A stretch of DNA of 64,000 nucleotides from Piromyces finnis finn (GCA_002104945.1 MCFH01000001.1:1054001-1118000); one strand, 5' to 3'. Counted from the first letter of the stretch, positions 40,074 to 53,683 are shown. A program made the numbers and translations. The notes: generated by a model not told the origin, from the sequence alone.

Positions 40074-42203
40074 AAATTTTAAATATAAAAAGAAGGAAAT
40101 TTCACTTTCAAGTCAATTTCATTATTCATACATCAAATCAATAATTAAACGGTTTTCATTACAATTTTAAAAGAATTTTTTCTATAATTCTTTGCTTTTA
40201 TTACAAGCACAAAAATATTTTAATAATTAAAATTAAAAAAAAGTTTACGAGTTCAATTTATTTTTTTTTTTTAATATAAATTTATCATTTACAAAATTAT
40301 ATAAACAATTTATAATTTATAAAACTATACAAAATGCCATCTATTGCTATTGAAAATACTTCTATGATACCTAATAAGAGAAAGATTGTCGCCTTAAAGG
40401 AAAAGTCTTTAAAAGTTCCAAACATTCAAAAAAATATTAAATCCGAACAGGCTCCGCTCAATGGTCCAAAGTTATCCAATAGAGCTTTAGAAATTCAAAA
40501 AGAAGAATTTCTTTTGAGTAAAGGTATTATCATTGTCCGTAATAATAAGTATCATCCAGAAACAAATCCAAATGGTATTATCAATCTTGGAACTGCCGAA
40601 AATAAATTAAATAATATTGAAATGTTAGGTAAAATCAATGATCCAAAAGTTTCAACGGTTACTGCTGAACAATTATTATACGGTCCAAATCCAGGATCTG
40701 ATAGATTAAGAGAGGAAATTGCCAAGCTATTAAATCGTCATTTCAATCCAAAAGTCTTATTAAGTAAAGAAAATATTTGTGTAGGTAATGGATGTGGCCC
40801 ACTTCTTAATTTATGTGGTGAAGTCTTATTTGATCATGGTGATGCCGTTTTAGTTCCAGGTCCATATTATGGAGGTTTTGAAGCTGATATTAAATACGGA
40901 TCAAGAGTCTACACCATCCCGGTACCACATTGTGAAGGAGATTGTTTAAAGGTGGATGAAGCAGCCTTAGAAAAGGCATTAAAGAATGCGAATAAACCAG
41001 TCAAAGGTATTATCATTGCTAATCCAAACAATCCATTTGGACGATGTTACAGTGCTGAACAACTTCTTCTTTTCTGTAATTTTGCAAAGTCTCATGGATT
41101 AATCGTAATTTGTGATGAAATCTACGGACTTTCCACTTGGAAAGACATTACAGAACAACATATTGAAGAAGGTAAAACCATTGAAGATTACCACTGCCAT
41201 TGTTCTTCATGTCAAAGCTACAAAGATGCTCCAAGAATTGAAAGTGGTATGGATGGAAAGCAAAGTAAATTCACCTCCATCTTTTCTTTAGATCTTCCAG
41301 ATCCAGAAAATACTCATGGATTATGGGGATTTTCTAAAGATTTTTGTTTAAATGGATTAAGAATCGGGGTAACCATTTCTTATTCTAAAACTGTTATGGC
41401 TGCAATGCAAAAGATTTGTTTCTTAACTTGTATTCCAACCAACATTGATAATATTCTTGTTAATATTTTATCCGATCAAAAATGGACTGATCATTTCATT
41501 ATTAATAACAATCGTAAATTACTCAAGAATTACACTCACTTAACCAATTCATTAAATGCTCACCATATTCCATATGTTCAAGGTGATTCCGGATTCTTTA
41601 TCTACATTGATCTTCATCAAGCCGGACTCAACGAATTTGATTTATGGATGAAATTATTAGAAGGAGGTATTTACATTTCACCAAGTCAAGCCTTTTTCAG
41701 TGAAGATAAAGAATCCGAAAGAAATTGGTTCAGAATATGTTTTGCTGTTGAACAAGATGAACTTGATTTATCCTTGGATAGAATTTATAAAGTAATAGAT
41801 ACTCTTAAACAAAAAAAAATTGAAATTTAAATAAGTCATTAAAAAAAAAGCATAAATTAAAATACCATTTAAAATACCATTTAAAATATCTATAAAGTTA
41901 ATCATTGTTATCATCATCATCATTCATACCATAATAATAATAATACATTAATTAATTATTGGGAAGTATTTATAAATACTCAACCAAACATTAATCTATA
42001 CATTAATAGTGAATTATATCAATATTATTAAGTTAATTGTATCTATTACTACTATCGATTACTATCCATTTTATTTATTTATTTTATCTAATATTTTTTA
42101 ATTTTTTTTTATCATTTATTTGTAAATAATATAAGTAAAACTAATTTAATAAAATGATATAGAATTAAAAAAAAAAAAAAAAAGTGTAATAATGTTTTAT
42201 TTA
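40074..42203. repeat. Right arm of 2.1-kb inverted repeat
   Basis: Reverse complement of 36521-38647. The unique spacer 38648-40073 is 1426 bp. Confidence 0.95.
40334..41830 (+). CDS. ACC-synthase-like PLP-dependent enzyme, copy 2 (protein identical to copy 1)
   Basis: Identical 498-aa translation. Synonymous differences at 40627, 40630 and 41608. Confidence 0.9.
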   Translation: MPSIAIENTSMIPNKRKIVALKEKSLKVPNIQKNIKSEQAPLNGPKLSNRALEIQKEEFLLSKGIIIVRNNKYHPETNPNGIINLGTAENKLNNIEMLGKINDPKVSTVTAEQLLYGPNPGSDRLREEIAKLLNRHFNPKVLLSKENICVGNGCGPLLNLCGEVLFDHGDAVLVPGPYYGGFEADIKYGSRVYTIPVPHCEGDCLKVDEAALEKALKNANKPVKGIIIANPNNPFGRCYSAEQLLLFCNFAKSHGLIVICDEIYGLSTWKDITEQHIEEGKTIEDYHCHCSSCQSYKDAPRIESGMDGKQSKFTSIFSLDLPDPENTHGLWGFSKDFCLNGLRIGVTISYSKTVMAAMQKICFLTCIPTNIDNILVNILSDQKWTDHFIINNNRKLLKNYTHLTNSLNAHHIPYVQGDSGFFIYIDLHQAGLNEFDLWMKLLEGGIYISPSQAFFSEDKESERNWFRICFAVEQDELDLSLDRIYKVIDTLKQKKIEI

Positions 42204-43899
42204 ATTATAATTTGTTTATATTTTGTTCCTTATATTTTGAAAGATAAATTGATTCTATTTCATTCTAAGAATTTTCTTTTAAAAATTTAGAATATTCTAT
42301 TTTTTTTCTTTTTTTTTTCTTTTTTTTTTTATATTTACATTTATGGTTAAATGAAAAAAACAATAAAATTGAAACAAATTTCGAATTGTATAAAAGTTTG
42401 TTTATGTTGTTGAGATTTATCAATACCTATTGCTATATTGAAAGTTGGATGGTATAATACATCACTTCATATATAATGAACTTTTTAATTCCCCCAATTC
42501 ACTAACAAAATATCTTAGCTACCTTCTATCTTTATAATTTTATAATATAGGCAAACAACATACAATTGTTAACTATTTATATTTTTGAAAGCTACTTTTT
42601 AATAAACAAATAATAAATGAATATTAAAATAGTTTAAACACACAATCAATCCTATTCATTTTTTTTATATTTTATATTTTTTAATTATTTTTATTTTTTT
42701 TTTATTTTATTTTATTTTATTTTTTTTATTATAAAAATATACATTAAATAAAGTCAAATACTAAAAAATTATATTTTTTTGTCGTGTTTTTGCGCTTTCG
42801 AATATATATTATTAACATGTCAATTTTAAATTATTGATATTTATGAATAATATAAAACTTTTTTCTTTTATAAAGGATGAAATAAAAAAACAGTTTTTAT
42901 CAATTTTTTTTATAATAAATATTGATAAAAAATACTTTTTTTTTTTTTTTTTACATTTGTTATTAGGATTAATATTTGTTTTAAAATGGATAAGATGATT
43001 GTTTTTTTTTTTTTTTATATTTATATCAATATTACTTTTTTTTAATAATGATAAATATTGATATATATGATCATACTTTTTTTTTTTTGTTTGGCTTATA
43101 ATATTAATATTTATTTTTATCCTTTTTTTAAATAAAAAAATAAAAATATATATTATATGTAATGTGTAAATTGTTATTGTTTGATTTATATTGGTATTTT
43201 GATGTATATGAGAATTATGGTTAAATTACATTTATATCAATCTTTAAATTGATTTAATAACTAAATATTGATAAAAAAATCTCTACGTTTTTAATTACTA
43301 TTGGATTTAAGAATATATATACATATAAAATGAATTAAGAATGTAATGAAAACTTTATAATATTGAATTTTTTTTTTTTTTTTTTTTTTTGAATATACTA
43401 AAAATACTATTATTATATATTTTCTTGATCTATACTATAAAAAAATAAGATATATTTTTAATTTTTTTTTTTGAACAAAAAGATAACTTATTTTAGAGAA
43501 AATAAGATAATAATTTTTTTTTTAATTATTTCATTACTAAATTTTTTTTTTGACTATTATTTAAAATTTCTCTGTTTTTAATAAACATTAAAATTTAAAA
43601 TAATAAATATATATATATATTATTCATTTGTTGATGGATTAAATATGATAATATTTTTATGGAAATTATTCATATTCTCTTTTTAAATAAACATCACTAT
43701 TTAATAAACTAAGCAATATTTATTAAAGATAATATTAATAAATAATGACTTTTTTCTTTGTTTTAGGTTTTGATTATTCCTTTTTTTTTTTTTTTTGTTT
43801 CCTTTAATTTACTATTATATATAATTTTTCTTTATTTAGAAAATTATATAAATATTGATATACCTTGGAAAAGAAGTTATTTATTTTTTTTTTTTTATA

Positions 43900-43939
<40 letters not shown>

Positions 43940-44006
43940 TTATGCTATTTTTTCATATTTTTTTTTTTAATTTTTTTTTTAAAACTATACTAATTTATTA
44001 ACTTAC

Positions 44007-44589
44007 TAATAGCTTCTTTTTCGAGGTATATCTTTCTTTTTATTTTTCTTTTAAGCTTTTAACATTTTCCAAAGATAGAAGAAGGAAACACATTGGCTGA
44101 TATCTTCTTTTTTTTTGCTTTCCATTTGTATTTGCTTCCTGTACATATCTTCCGGAAAAAACTCTTTTTTAATTATTTATTTTAATTTCATTATTTGTAA
44201 AATAAAAAAAAAAAAGACCCAAGTAATATGTAGTTTAAATATTACTAAAATCTATTATTTTCCTTGAATAAAATAATGAAATTGTTTCGATGTCGTTCGA
44301 ATTTTTTCCCGAAATAGGAAGCTAATAGAGCACCACAAAAAGCACCAATTATGGAATAAGAAGGAATGTAATAGTCATTACTAACTAAATTTTTGTTACT
44401 ATGGGTATATATTGGTGGTGATAATGATATAATCTTTTTTGAATAACCTTGGAGAGATCTATCCAAAGGTAAAAGGAAATTAAGAATAAGAATTGAACTG
44501 AGAACAATAGTTATAACTCCAATTTCAAAACCTAAAACCAAACCACCTCCAGAGGTCGTTTTGGTTAAAAGAAATTGAAAATCATTCAT
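44007..44589 (-). pseudogene. Decayed sugar-porter (MFS SP family) N-terminal fragment
   Basis: GGGLVLGFEIGVITIVL resembles SP TM1 (GGLLFGYDTGVI) and SIIGAFCGALLASYFGKKFERHR resembles TM2 plus the D-R-x-G-R loop. Downstream fragments (FSGRYVQ, ISANVFPS, IPRKRS followed by GTAAGT at 44006) lie in different frames with stops. Confidence 0.55.
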
Positions 44590-46007
44590 TTTCCTTTATC
44601 TTAAATAAATAAATAAGTTAATATTTATTTATTTAAAATATTTGTTTATATATATATATTCAAATCTAGAAATAAAATAAATAAAAAAAAAAGTATAGTT
44701 AAAAAAAAAAAAAAAGAGAAAAGTGTTCTTTCTTTTTTTTTTTATATTCTTTAAATTCCCCTTAAATTTTTTTTTTTTTAAAAATTAAGGTGAGTGTCAT
44801 GATGTTACACAAATTCTTTTGTTACTGGTGGAAGAAAATTAAAATTTTTTATATTCAATTGATTTTCATAAGACTATCAATATATATACATTATATATTA
44901 AAAAACTATTGATTTATATATTATACATATATTATAATCTATGAAACATCCTATTGTATTACCCCCAAAAGAATTTTAAAAAATGTTTAAAGATTTTTAA
45001 TAGCCAATGAAAAGGCATCTTTAATTTTTTAAAATTTCGATTTTAAAATTTTAATTAGAAATTTAATATTCTAAAAATAAAAGAAAAAAGTGGTTGAAAA
45101 GGTACTTTTGGTAGGTTGAAAAGGTGGGAAAAGAAATGTTGATGATTTTTGCGTATTTTAAACTTGCTGTTTAATTATTTTGAATAGAAGGTTAAGTAGA
45201 GAGTGCGGAAAATTTTATTAGGGCTACTGTTACTAGGGAGTAATTAAAGTCCTTATATCAATCTATAATTTATTATACTTTTATGAAGAATTATACCAAT
45301 GAGAATAAAACAAGTTTTATTTTTTCTTCCTAATAAACCATATTTACACCATCTCTATTTACTATTGTTTTTATTTGTTATTGATGATACATTTTCAAAT
45401 AATAGCCGTCTTTTTTGATCACCACTCTTTTTATCGGTTTTTTGCCAACACAATTAGAAAAACTTTAATATTAGAAATTTTGACCTAAATATATATAATA
45501 TTAAAATTATTAGTATTTAAGATTATTTAAAAGTTTTAATCTGTCCCCTACTTCTTTTTTTTTTTTTTTTTTTTATGATCAATGTATTTTAGTTGGTTAA
45601 AAATAAAGGCCAACTCAAAACAAAGCAAAAGAATTAAAAGTGGCAATAAGTTTTAAAAAATAACAAATAAAATGTTTACATTTTAAAGTATTTTTATAGG
45701 TGAATATATAATTAAAAGTTGATTTATACTTTATTTTTTAAAAATAGTATCAAAAAGTACAATTAATAATCAATTTCATATGAAATTTATAATTGTTATT
45801 ATTTATTATTATTATTATTATTACTCTAATTCTTATTCTTATTCTTAATATTATTATAATTCACATTTTTTTTTTATTAAATTAATTGTTGAATTTATAT
45901 TCAATTCACCTTTCATTATTACTCAATAGATGAAATTCATTTTATTAAGGATGTTTTAATATAAATATTTTAAATATTTTATTATGAAAGGAATCAATCA
46001 ATCCACC

Positions 46008-46009
46008 AA

Positions 46010-46088
<79 letters not shown>

Positions 46089-46090
46089 AT
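46008..46090. repeat. (AAAT)n microsatellite
   Basis: Perfect tetranucleotide run of about 20 units. Confidence 0.9.
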
Positions 46091-46682
46091 ACTAAGAAAT
46101 GAATGAATGAATGAATAAATAATAAATGATTATTGGAAATAAAGAAAAAATATAGAAAATAAAAAAGTAATATTTAATTTAATAAATAAAGTAAACTACA
46201 ATTGAAACACTGATTTAGTAAAAATTCATTATAACTTTTCATTATAGTTTATATTAAGGAGATAAAAAAAGAAAAACAAGATTATATTAATTTAATATTG
46301 AAAATGAATGCTTGGTATTTTATGGCAACAACTATTAAAATAATAATAACAGTATAATAAAATAATTTTATTTCAAAGATAAAAGACCTTACTATTCCAT
46401 TGATGTAGAAAATAAAAGATTTCAAAAGATATACATTTATTACTGATTTAATGAAATAGAAAATTTAAACAAAGTGATTTAATATTAGAATATAATTTTT
46501 GGCCAATGTTCCTTGAAACTAATATTTATTAAAAAAAAAAAAAAAGAATAATCTTAAAATAAAAATATTAATAAACTGACTAAAACTAATCTAAATAATA
46601 AAAGTATATTAAAGAGCAAAAAATAAAAATTGAAAAATAATTAAAATATTAATAAACTCTTAATAAATTAAACCATAGCAAA

Positions 46683-46713
<31 letters not shown>

Positions 46714-47912
46714 TAAAAATCATTACAAAGTTTTTTATTTATTTATTTTTTTTAAAAAAGTAGAAATCCATTTAATATTTTAATACATTATAATTTAAAG
46801 TAAATATACATATTTATTATATATTATATCTAATTGTCAATTGAATTATGGATATAATTAAGAAATATTTCATTATTAATCTTTTTCTACCTATATCGCT
46901 TTGGGGATGTGATATTTTTTTATTCATTATGGTTTTAATTATGATATTAGTTAAACGCTATAATAAACATTAAAATATTCATCACTTTCTATTGTCTTAT
47001 TTACAAGAAAAAGTTGTCATTCTGAAAAAAGTTTTTTTTTTTTTTTTGATAAAGATTAAAATATATTATAAAAAAAATAAATAAATAAAATTGTAGAATA
47101 ATGTATATTAAAAATAAAAAAAAAAGTATTTTAATAATTATCGTTCATTTCTACTTAAAAAAGAAGAGTATACCATATTCTTCTATTCTTATAAAAAATA
47201 TAAATATTATTTAATACATGGTATACTTTCTATTAAGAATTGTTTGACTTTTTGATAAAGTTTTCCATTGAATTAATCTTGGCTATTTATTTACCATTAG
47301 AATTCCTTTACCTATTTGTAATTTACTTGTTATGCAAAAGTGCTTAAATTAAATAATTGGTTAATATACTGATTTTTCAATAAACTTTTTTAATTAAAAA
47401 AAAAATTAATTTATATTTATGTAATAATAATTAGAATAATAATAAAAAACTATAATAGTTTTATTATTACTAGATGTTAATGTTTAATAATAAATTTATA
47501 TAAAGATACTGTTAAAAATAAAAACATATTATACTAAGAAATACGTTTTTCCTAGTCTTATCAATTAAAAATTATATTATATTTTTTATTTTTATTTTTT
47601 GAAAAAAGATTTACAAATATAAAACGAGATTTTAATCATTTTTTTAAAATTTAATATTACCAAAAATAGTATCTGCTATGTTACACCATAATTACATTTA
47701 CGTACAATAATGTACATATATTAATTTTCGATAGACTTAAAATTATTATGAAATGTAAACATCAACATAAAAATCTAAAATATAATTATTATTTTAAAAT
47801 AATGGTATTTAATAGTTAAACAAAATATTTTATTTTTATTTTTATTTTTTTTTTTTAAATTTAATTATATATTTAATGAAAAAATAAAATAATAGTAATA
47901 ATAAATGAAAAA

Positions 47913-50900
47913 ATGGTTAATGAAGGAGAAGAGAAAGAAAAGGTATTTAAAAACAATAATATTGTAGAATTAAAAAGTCTCAATGACTATAATAGTGATT
48001 TTTTTATAAATTCTATTGAGAATGGAGCTACCATTGAAATAGTAGAATTTCTATTAATTAATTCAAATTTTAAGTCTATCGATTTTGTTTTTTCTGGAAA
48101 AGATGGTTTTTATAAAACACCACTATCATTGGCAATAGAGCGTAACAACTTTAGGATAGCTGAACTTTTAATTGACTATGGTGCTAATATAAATGACATT
48201 CCCGTGACAACATTTTTATTTAACCAAAAAAACTTAATGTATATATTAAGTAAAGGTATTTCCAATGAATTCCTTCAAAAACTGATAATTCAATTACTAT
48301 TACGGAAAAATGAGAATAGTAATGTTTGTTTGAAAAGAATTTTCAATTATTATATTTTTGATAATGCTTTTATATTAAAATTACTATCATTTTATAAGAA
48401 TAAAACTCAGCTATCCTCTCGAGAACTAAACACTTTAATTGTAAAAGAAAAAGGAAAAATTGAAATAAACAAAAATATGTATCGTCAGGCTGTATACAAT
48501 AATAATTTTGAATCCATAAATACACTATATAGTAACGATTTAAGAGAACCAGACGTTATATTAAAGGAATTTACCAGTCTATTTGATATTGGGGATATGC
48601 AATGCCATTCGATAGATTCAAAAGAATTTATTAATAAATTTAAAAGTAAAGAATTAAATATATCAGTGGATAATATTTTTTTAGATATTTTAAATCAATT
48701 TCACCAGAATCGAGAAACCTTATTATCCTATAAAGAAATTAGAAATAAGCTAGAATTGTTAATTTGCCAAAATAACATTGGAAAATTGAAAAATTATATA
48801 GAGACAAATCATGTCCAAATGTTTCTTTTTAGTAAAAATTACAGTCCACATGATGATGATGACATACTTTTATATGCAATAAATAAAAATGTTTCACTTA
48901 AGATGCTTCAATTTCTTATTCAACATTTACAATGTCAAAATTTGGATTATATCGTTCATGACGAAAAGGATAGGGAAGGAACACTTCTTTCTTTTGCCCT
49001 TTCACAAAATAAATTAAATTATTGTGATGTTCTAATAAAAATGGGTGCAAAACTAAACACCAAATCGATGGATATGTTGATGTATTTATATGGAAATAAA
49101 TTATTAAATAATAAAAATTTACTGTATATTCTAAATAAAAATGAAAAGGTGGAGTTAGATAGTATTCATCAGATGGTGGTGGATAACCAGATAGGATTAT
49201 TAAAAAATTTATTTAAATTCTATGTATTCGGGAATCATTTTATTTTGAAATTTTTATATTATTATAAGAATAAAACCAAGTTATTAAACCGAGAAATAAG
49301 AAATGAAATATTATGGGAACAGAATAAATTGAGATTTTCTGATGTATTGTATGAAAGTGCTGTGGAATCCAATAATTTTGAAATTTTGAATTTATTATAT
49401 AACAATGATAATAGACCAAAAGATATTATCCTTGATGAACTATTTCATATATTAGATACAGCTGAATTAAATCGTGAAGGTGTAAAGCAAGAATTTTTAT
49501 ATAGTATTAAAAATGGGATTCTAAAATTACCGGTATCAGAGCATTATTTATATAATTTATGCCATATTGAAACAATAAGAAAATCTTTGCTCGAAATAAT
49601 TCAAAGTAATGATATAGATAGCTTGAAACATTATATTTCCACAAATCAAATAGCCTTGTCTAATATCAATAATGACTATTTCGATATACTCATATTTGCA
49701 ATTAAGCAAAATGCTTCAATTGAAATTATAAAACATATTATTCCTTATTATAAAACACTTGACTATACAATTCATAAGTATGAATCCCCTCTTTTCTGTG
49801 CGATCTATAACGATAAATTTTCTATAGTTCATTTATTATTAAAAAAAGGGGCCAACTTTAATTTTATATTTAATAGTTTAGGCATCTTTTACAAGCGTTA
49901 TAAAAGCAAATTTTATAATGAAAGCAAAATTAAAATTTTTAAATACATCCTAAGCCATAGTTTTATTACGATCAATTCCAAATTTATTCTTTCCTTAATT
50001 CGACATAAGGAAAATGAATTTTTAAAAATGATTTTTAGATATTATATTTTTGATGATAGTTTTATTTTAAATTTACTTTCTGTATATAAAAATCATATAG
50101 GTATACCAGAGGCAAGATTAAAACATGCAGTTATTCAGGAAAAAGAAAAATTTATTAAATTTGAATACATGTATGAAGCTCTATGCCATGACAATAATGA
50201 TATTTTAGAAACTTTTTTAGATAGTATAGGTAAAGAAAAGGTTTTCCCCTTAAAACTCTCACAAATTTTTCATTTATTAGATATTGCTGTTAGAAAGGAT
50301 AACATAAAATTTATTAAATCATTGTTAAGTTTTAAATTACCTCCGTTTGATAAGGATTCCTTTTCAAAAATGGGAAAGTATTTATTTTCGAATCAATGTT
50401 ATCATCTTGAAATCATGAAGATGATTATTGAACGATTATTAGCCAGTGAATTCAATGATGTTAAAACATGGGATATTACAAACGTTTTATTAGATGGTAA
50501 TAACTTTAAGGAGAATAATAATGTAGAGTTAATAAAAGTATTCCTTCAACACACTTTATCTCACCCATCTTTTGATTTTAAGGCTATTCGTTTTGAAAAA
50601 TTAATCAAAGCATTAAACGAATACAGTGATGTTTCTTTAATAAAAAAATTTATTGAATTGTCCTTACTTCACCCAACATTTAGCTTTAGTACCATTAATT
50701 TTAATGTTGTTTTCGTCTTGTTAAATTGTATCGACCTCTCTCTTTTAAAATACTTTATTACATTACTTTTTAATTATTCTTCGATTACTACTACCCTCTC
50801 TATGATAAAAACAATAGTATTGACCCTTGATAAATTGAAAAACAATGATCTAATGGAATTCATTTTTAATAGTTTATTTGATCAAGATACTATTGATTTT

Positions 50901-51112
50901 ACCATGAGTATGAATATTCAAAAATTGGTAGAGATAGCAGCTCAATTGAAAAGTAATGAAAATTTTAAATATTTTCTTGAAAAATTGATCTCCCATAAAA
51001 GTTTTCAATTTAACCCTATCACCATTAAAAGAATGCTACTTGCTACTTGTAGAATAAAAAATACCACCTATATTGAATATATTATGAATGATGTATTTAA
51101 TGACAAAGTATG

Positions 51113-51147
<35 letters not shown>

Positions 51148-52667
51148 TACATTATTATCATCCTTTTAAATTGGAAGAAAATGAATTTGACAAAATTATT
51201 ATGACTGCGATTTACTATAATAACGAATATGTCCTAAAGTATTTTATTTCAAATTTTAAAAGTTTAACCAATATTAATAGTGCAATAAACTTGAAAAAGT
51301 ATCTTTTGTTTTCCAATAAAATTAATAATCATCAAGCTATAAAATTAATCATAGAAAAAATATTTGATGTTTCCTGTTTAACACCAAAATCGAATCAAAT
51401 GGAGTTATCGATGGTAAAGACATTTGACGTTCAGCACCTTTCTTTAATAATAAATAGTTTTGTTAGGCTCCATGAATTAAAAATGATAGTCTGTTTAATA
51501 GAAAGTAACGAATTAAAAGGTAAAATTAATTGTAGTGAAAGGGATGGTAATGGTGATTATCCTATTCTTGTTTCATTATATGAAAATGATATAGAAATAT
51601 TTGAATATTTCATTGGAAATGGGGTAGATTGTCGTGTCTGTGATGTTAATAATGTACCTTTATTTTTCATAGCGCATCAACATAAAAATTATAAAGCACT
51701 TCAACTATTAATGAATCATAATACATTCTTTATCAAACCAATCATTAGTATGAAATGTTCTTCCCAGTTAGAACATGCCATATTTCATCATCAGTTGGAA
51801 AAGGTCAAGTCTCTAAGGTGTGATCATATTCATTCATTCCAAACAACATCTCAACCTTATTTCACATCTTTATCCTTGGCCTATCTATTAAATCATACCG
51901 ACATCTTTAATTATTTATTGCAACATGATAATATAAATGAATTAGATTATCATGGCTATAGTCTTTTGTATTATGCTATTCTAAAGGAAGATCTCTCTAC
52001 CATACAAAAATTGATAGAACTAGGAGCAAACATTTTTTACTACTGTCAAAGACATCCATTTTTACGCCAACATTCTGCTATTCATCTCTCCATAAATTTA
52101 AAAAATTATACTATTCTTTCAATACTATTGGATCGTCTAAAAATAGAATTAGGGGTATCCAACAGCTTTGATTTGTCTCTGACCGATGTACTAAAAACCG
52201 ATGATAATACTACAGAAGAAATGATAAAAATTATGGAACTTTTAATCGATAAAGAGATTAAATTACCAAGTCATCCGAAAGATCGAATGTCTCTTTTCTA
52301 TCATGCTTTTGAAAATAATTCTCTTCCATTAATAAATTTATTATTAAATTATAATAGTGATATGGACGACCATACGGAGGATGATGCACAGGATATCAAA
52401 GCCATACAACATTTAATGAACAACAAAGATGATATAGATCCTTGTACTTCTGATCAAACCGCTGAAGCTTTAAAAACAATTATTCAAAAGAATCATTTAA
52501 CCATTTTAAAATATTTCATACAACATTATATAGATATTCATAAATATGGGCATACTCTATTAGTTTATGCTTTGGAAGCTCAAAGGGATGCCATCATTTA
52601 TTATTTAATTTGTCATGGTGCTGAAACTGATCCTATCATTATAGAAGAAGAATTAGATATGATGTAG
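47913..52667 (+). CDS. Large ankyrin-repeat protein with internal triplicated module
   Basis: Intronless 1584 aa. Ankyrin motifs include KTPLSLAIERNNFRIAELLIDYGANIN, ESPLFCAIYNDKFSIVHLLLKKGANFN, GYSLLYYAILKEDLSTIQKLIELGAN and GHTLLVYALE. Confidence 0.9.
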
Positions 52668-52824
52668 TTTTTTTCTTTCTTTTTTTTTTTTTTCTTTCGA
52701 TAAAAAAAATGAAATTATTTTATTATTGGGGTTATTATTTATAAAATAATGATAAATTTTAATAACTTTTTTTAGATTTAAATTCATTGATAAATATTTA
52801 ATCCAATACCATCAACAATACTTT

Positions 52825-52871
<47 letters not shown>

Positions 52872-53411
52872 TATAAATATTATTTAATTAAAAAAAATTT
52901 TTTTAATACACTCAATACTATTCTATATACCCATAAATATCAACGGTTATTGTTCAAATAAAATATTATAAACACCTAATTTTTTATTAAAACAATTTTA
53001 GACGTTATTATCAATTTCTTTTTATTCTATACTATTATTTATTTATTTTATTTATTTATATATTTTTTATTATTTATAATAAGAATAAAAAAAAATGTTT
53101 TTTTTTTTTTTTTTTTTTTTTTTATTGATTTATTTATAATTGTATAGATTTCTATTTATAAAGAATAAAAATACATTTATATTTACTATAATTTATTTAT
53201 ATTTTATATTTATTATTTCTTTTTATTATTATTATTATTATTGTATTTATATTTATTATTTATATATCTAAATGACTGTACCTTTATATTATTAAAAATA
53301 AATATTAATATTATAAAGCTAAATTTGTTAATCTATATTCATCAATCTATTTATATTTATATATATATGTGTTTTATCAATAATCTTATTGAAAAATTAA
53401 ATAGATTAATA

Positions 53412-53447
<36 letters not shown>

Positions 53448-53683
53448 TTTTTAATTAACTTTTGGTGTTTTTTTTTTTTTTTTTTTTGTTTAAAAGAAAT
53501 AAATATATTTATATATTTATATATATTTATTCTTTTTTTTTTTTTTTTTTTTAAACTATTGGTATATATACATATATACATAGATATTTATTTTCATATA
53601 TATATATTTTATTTTCTATAATTATTATAATTTTTTTTTTTTTTTTAAGTTTTTGATTTTAATATTTGGTAAAAAAGTTGGGT

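Noticed and set aside
36521-42203. Composite transposon or retrocopy explanation for the duplication
   Set aside because: No transposase, TIR or TSD. Homology continues 20 bp past the A-run and includes 260 bp of upstream DNA.
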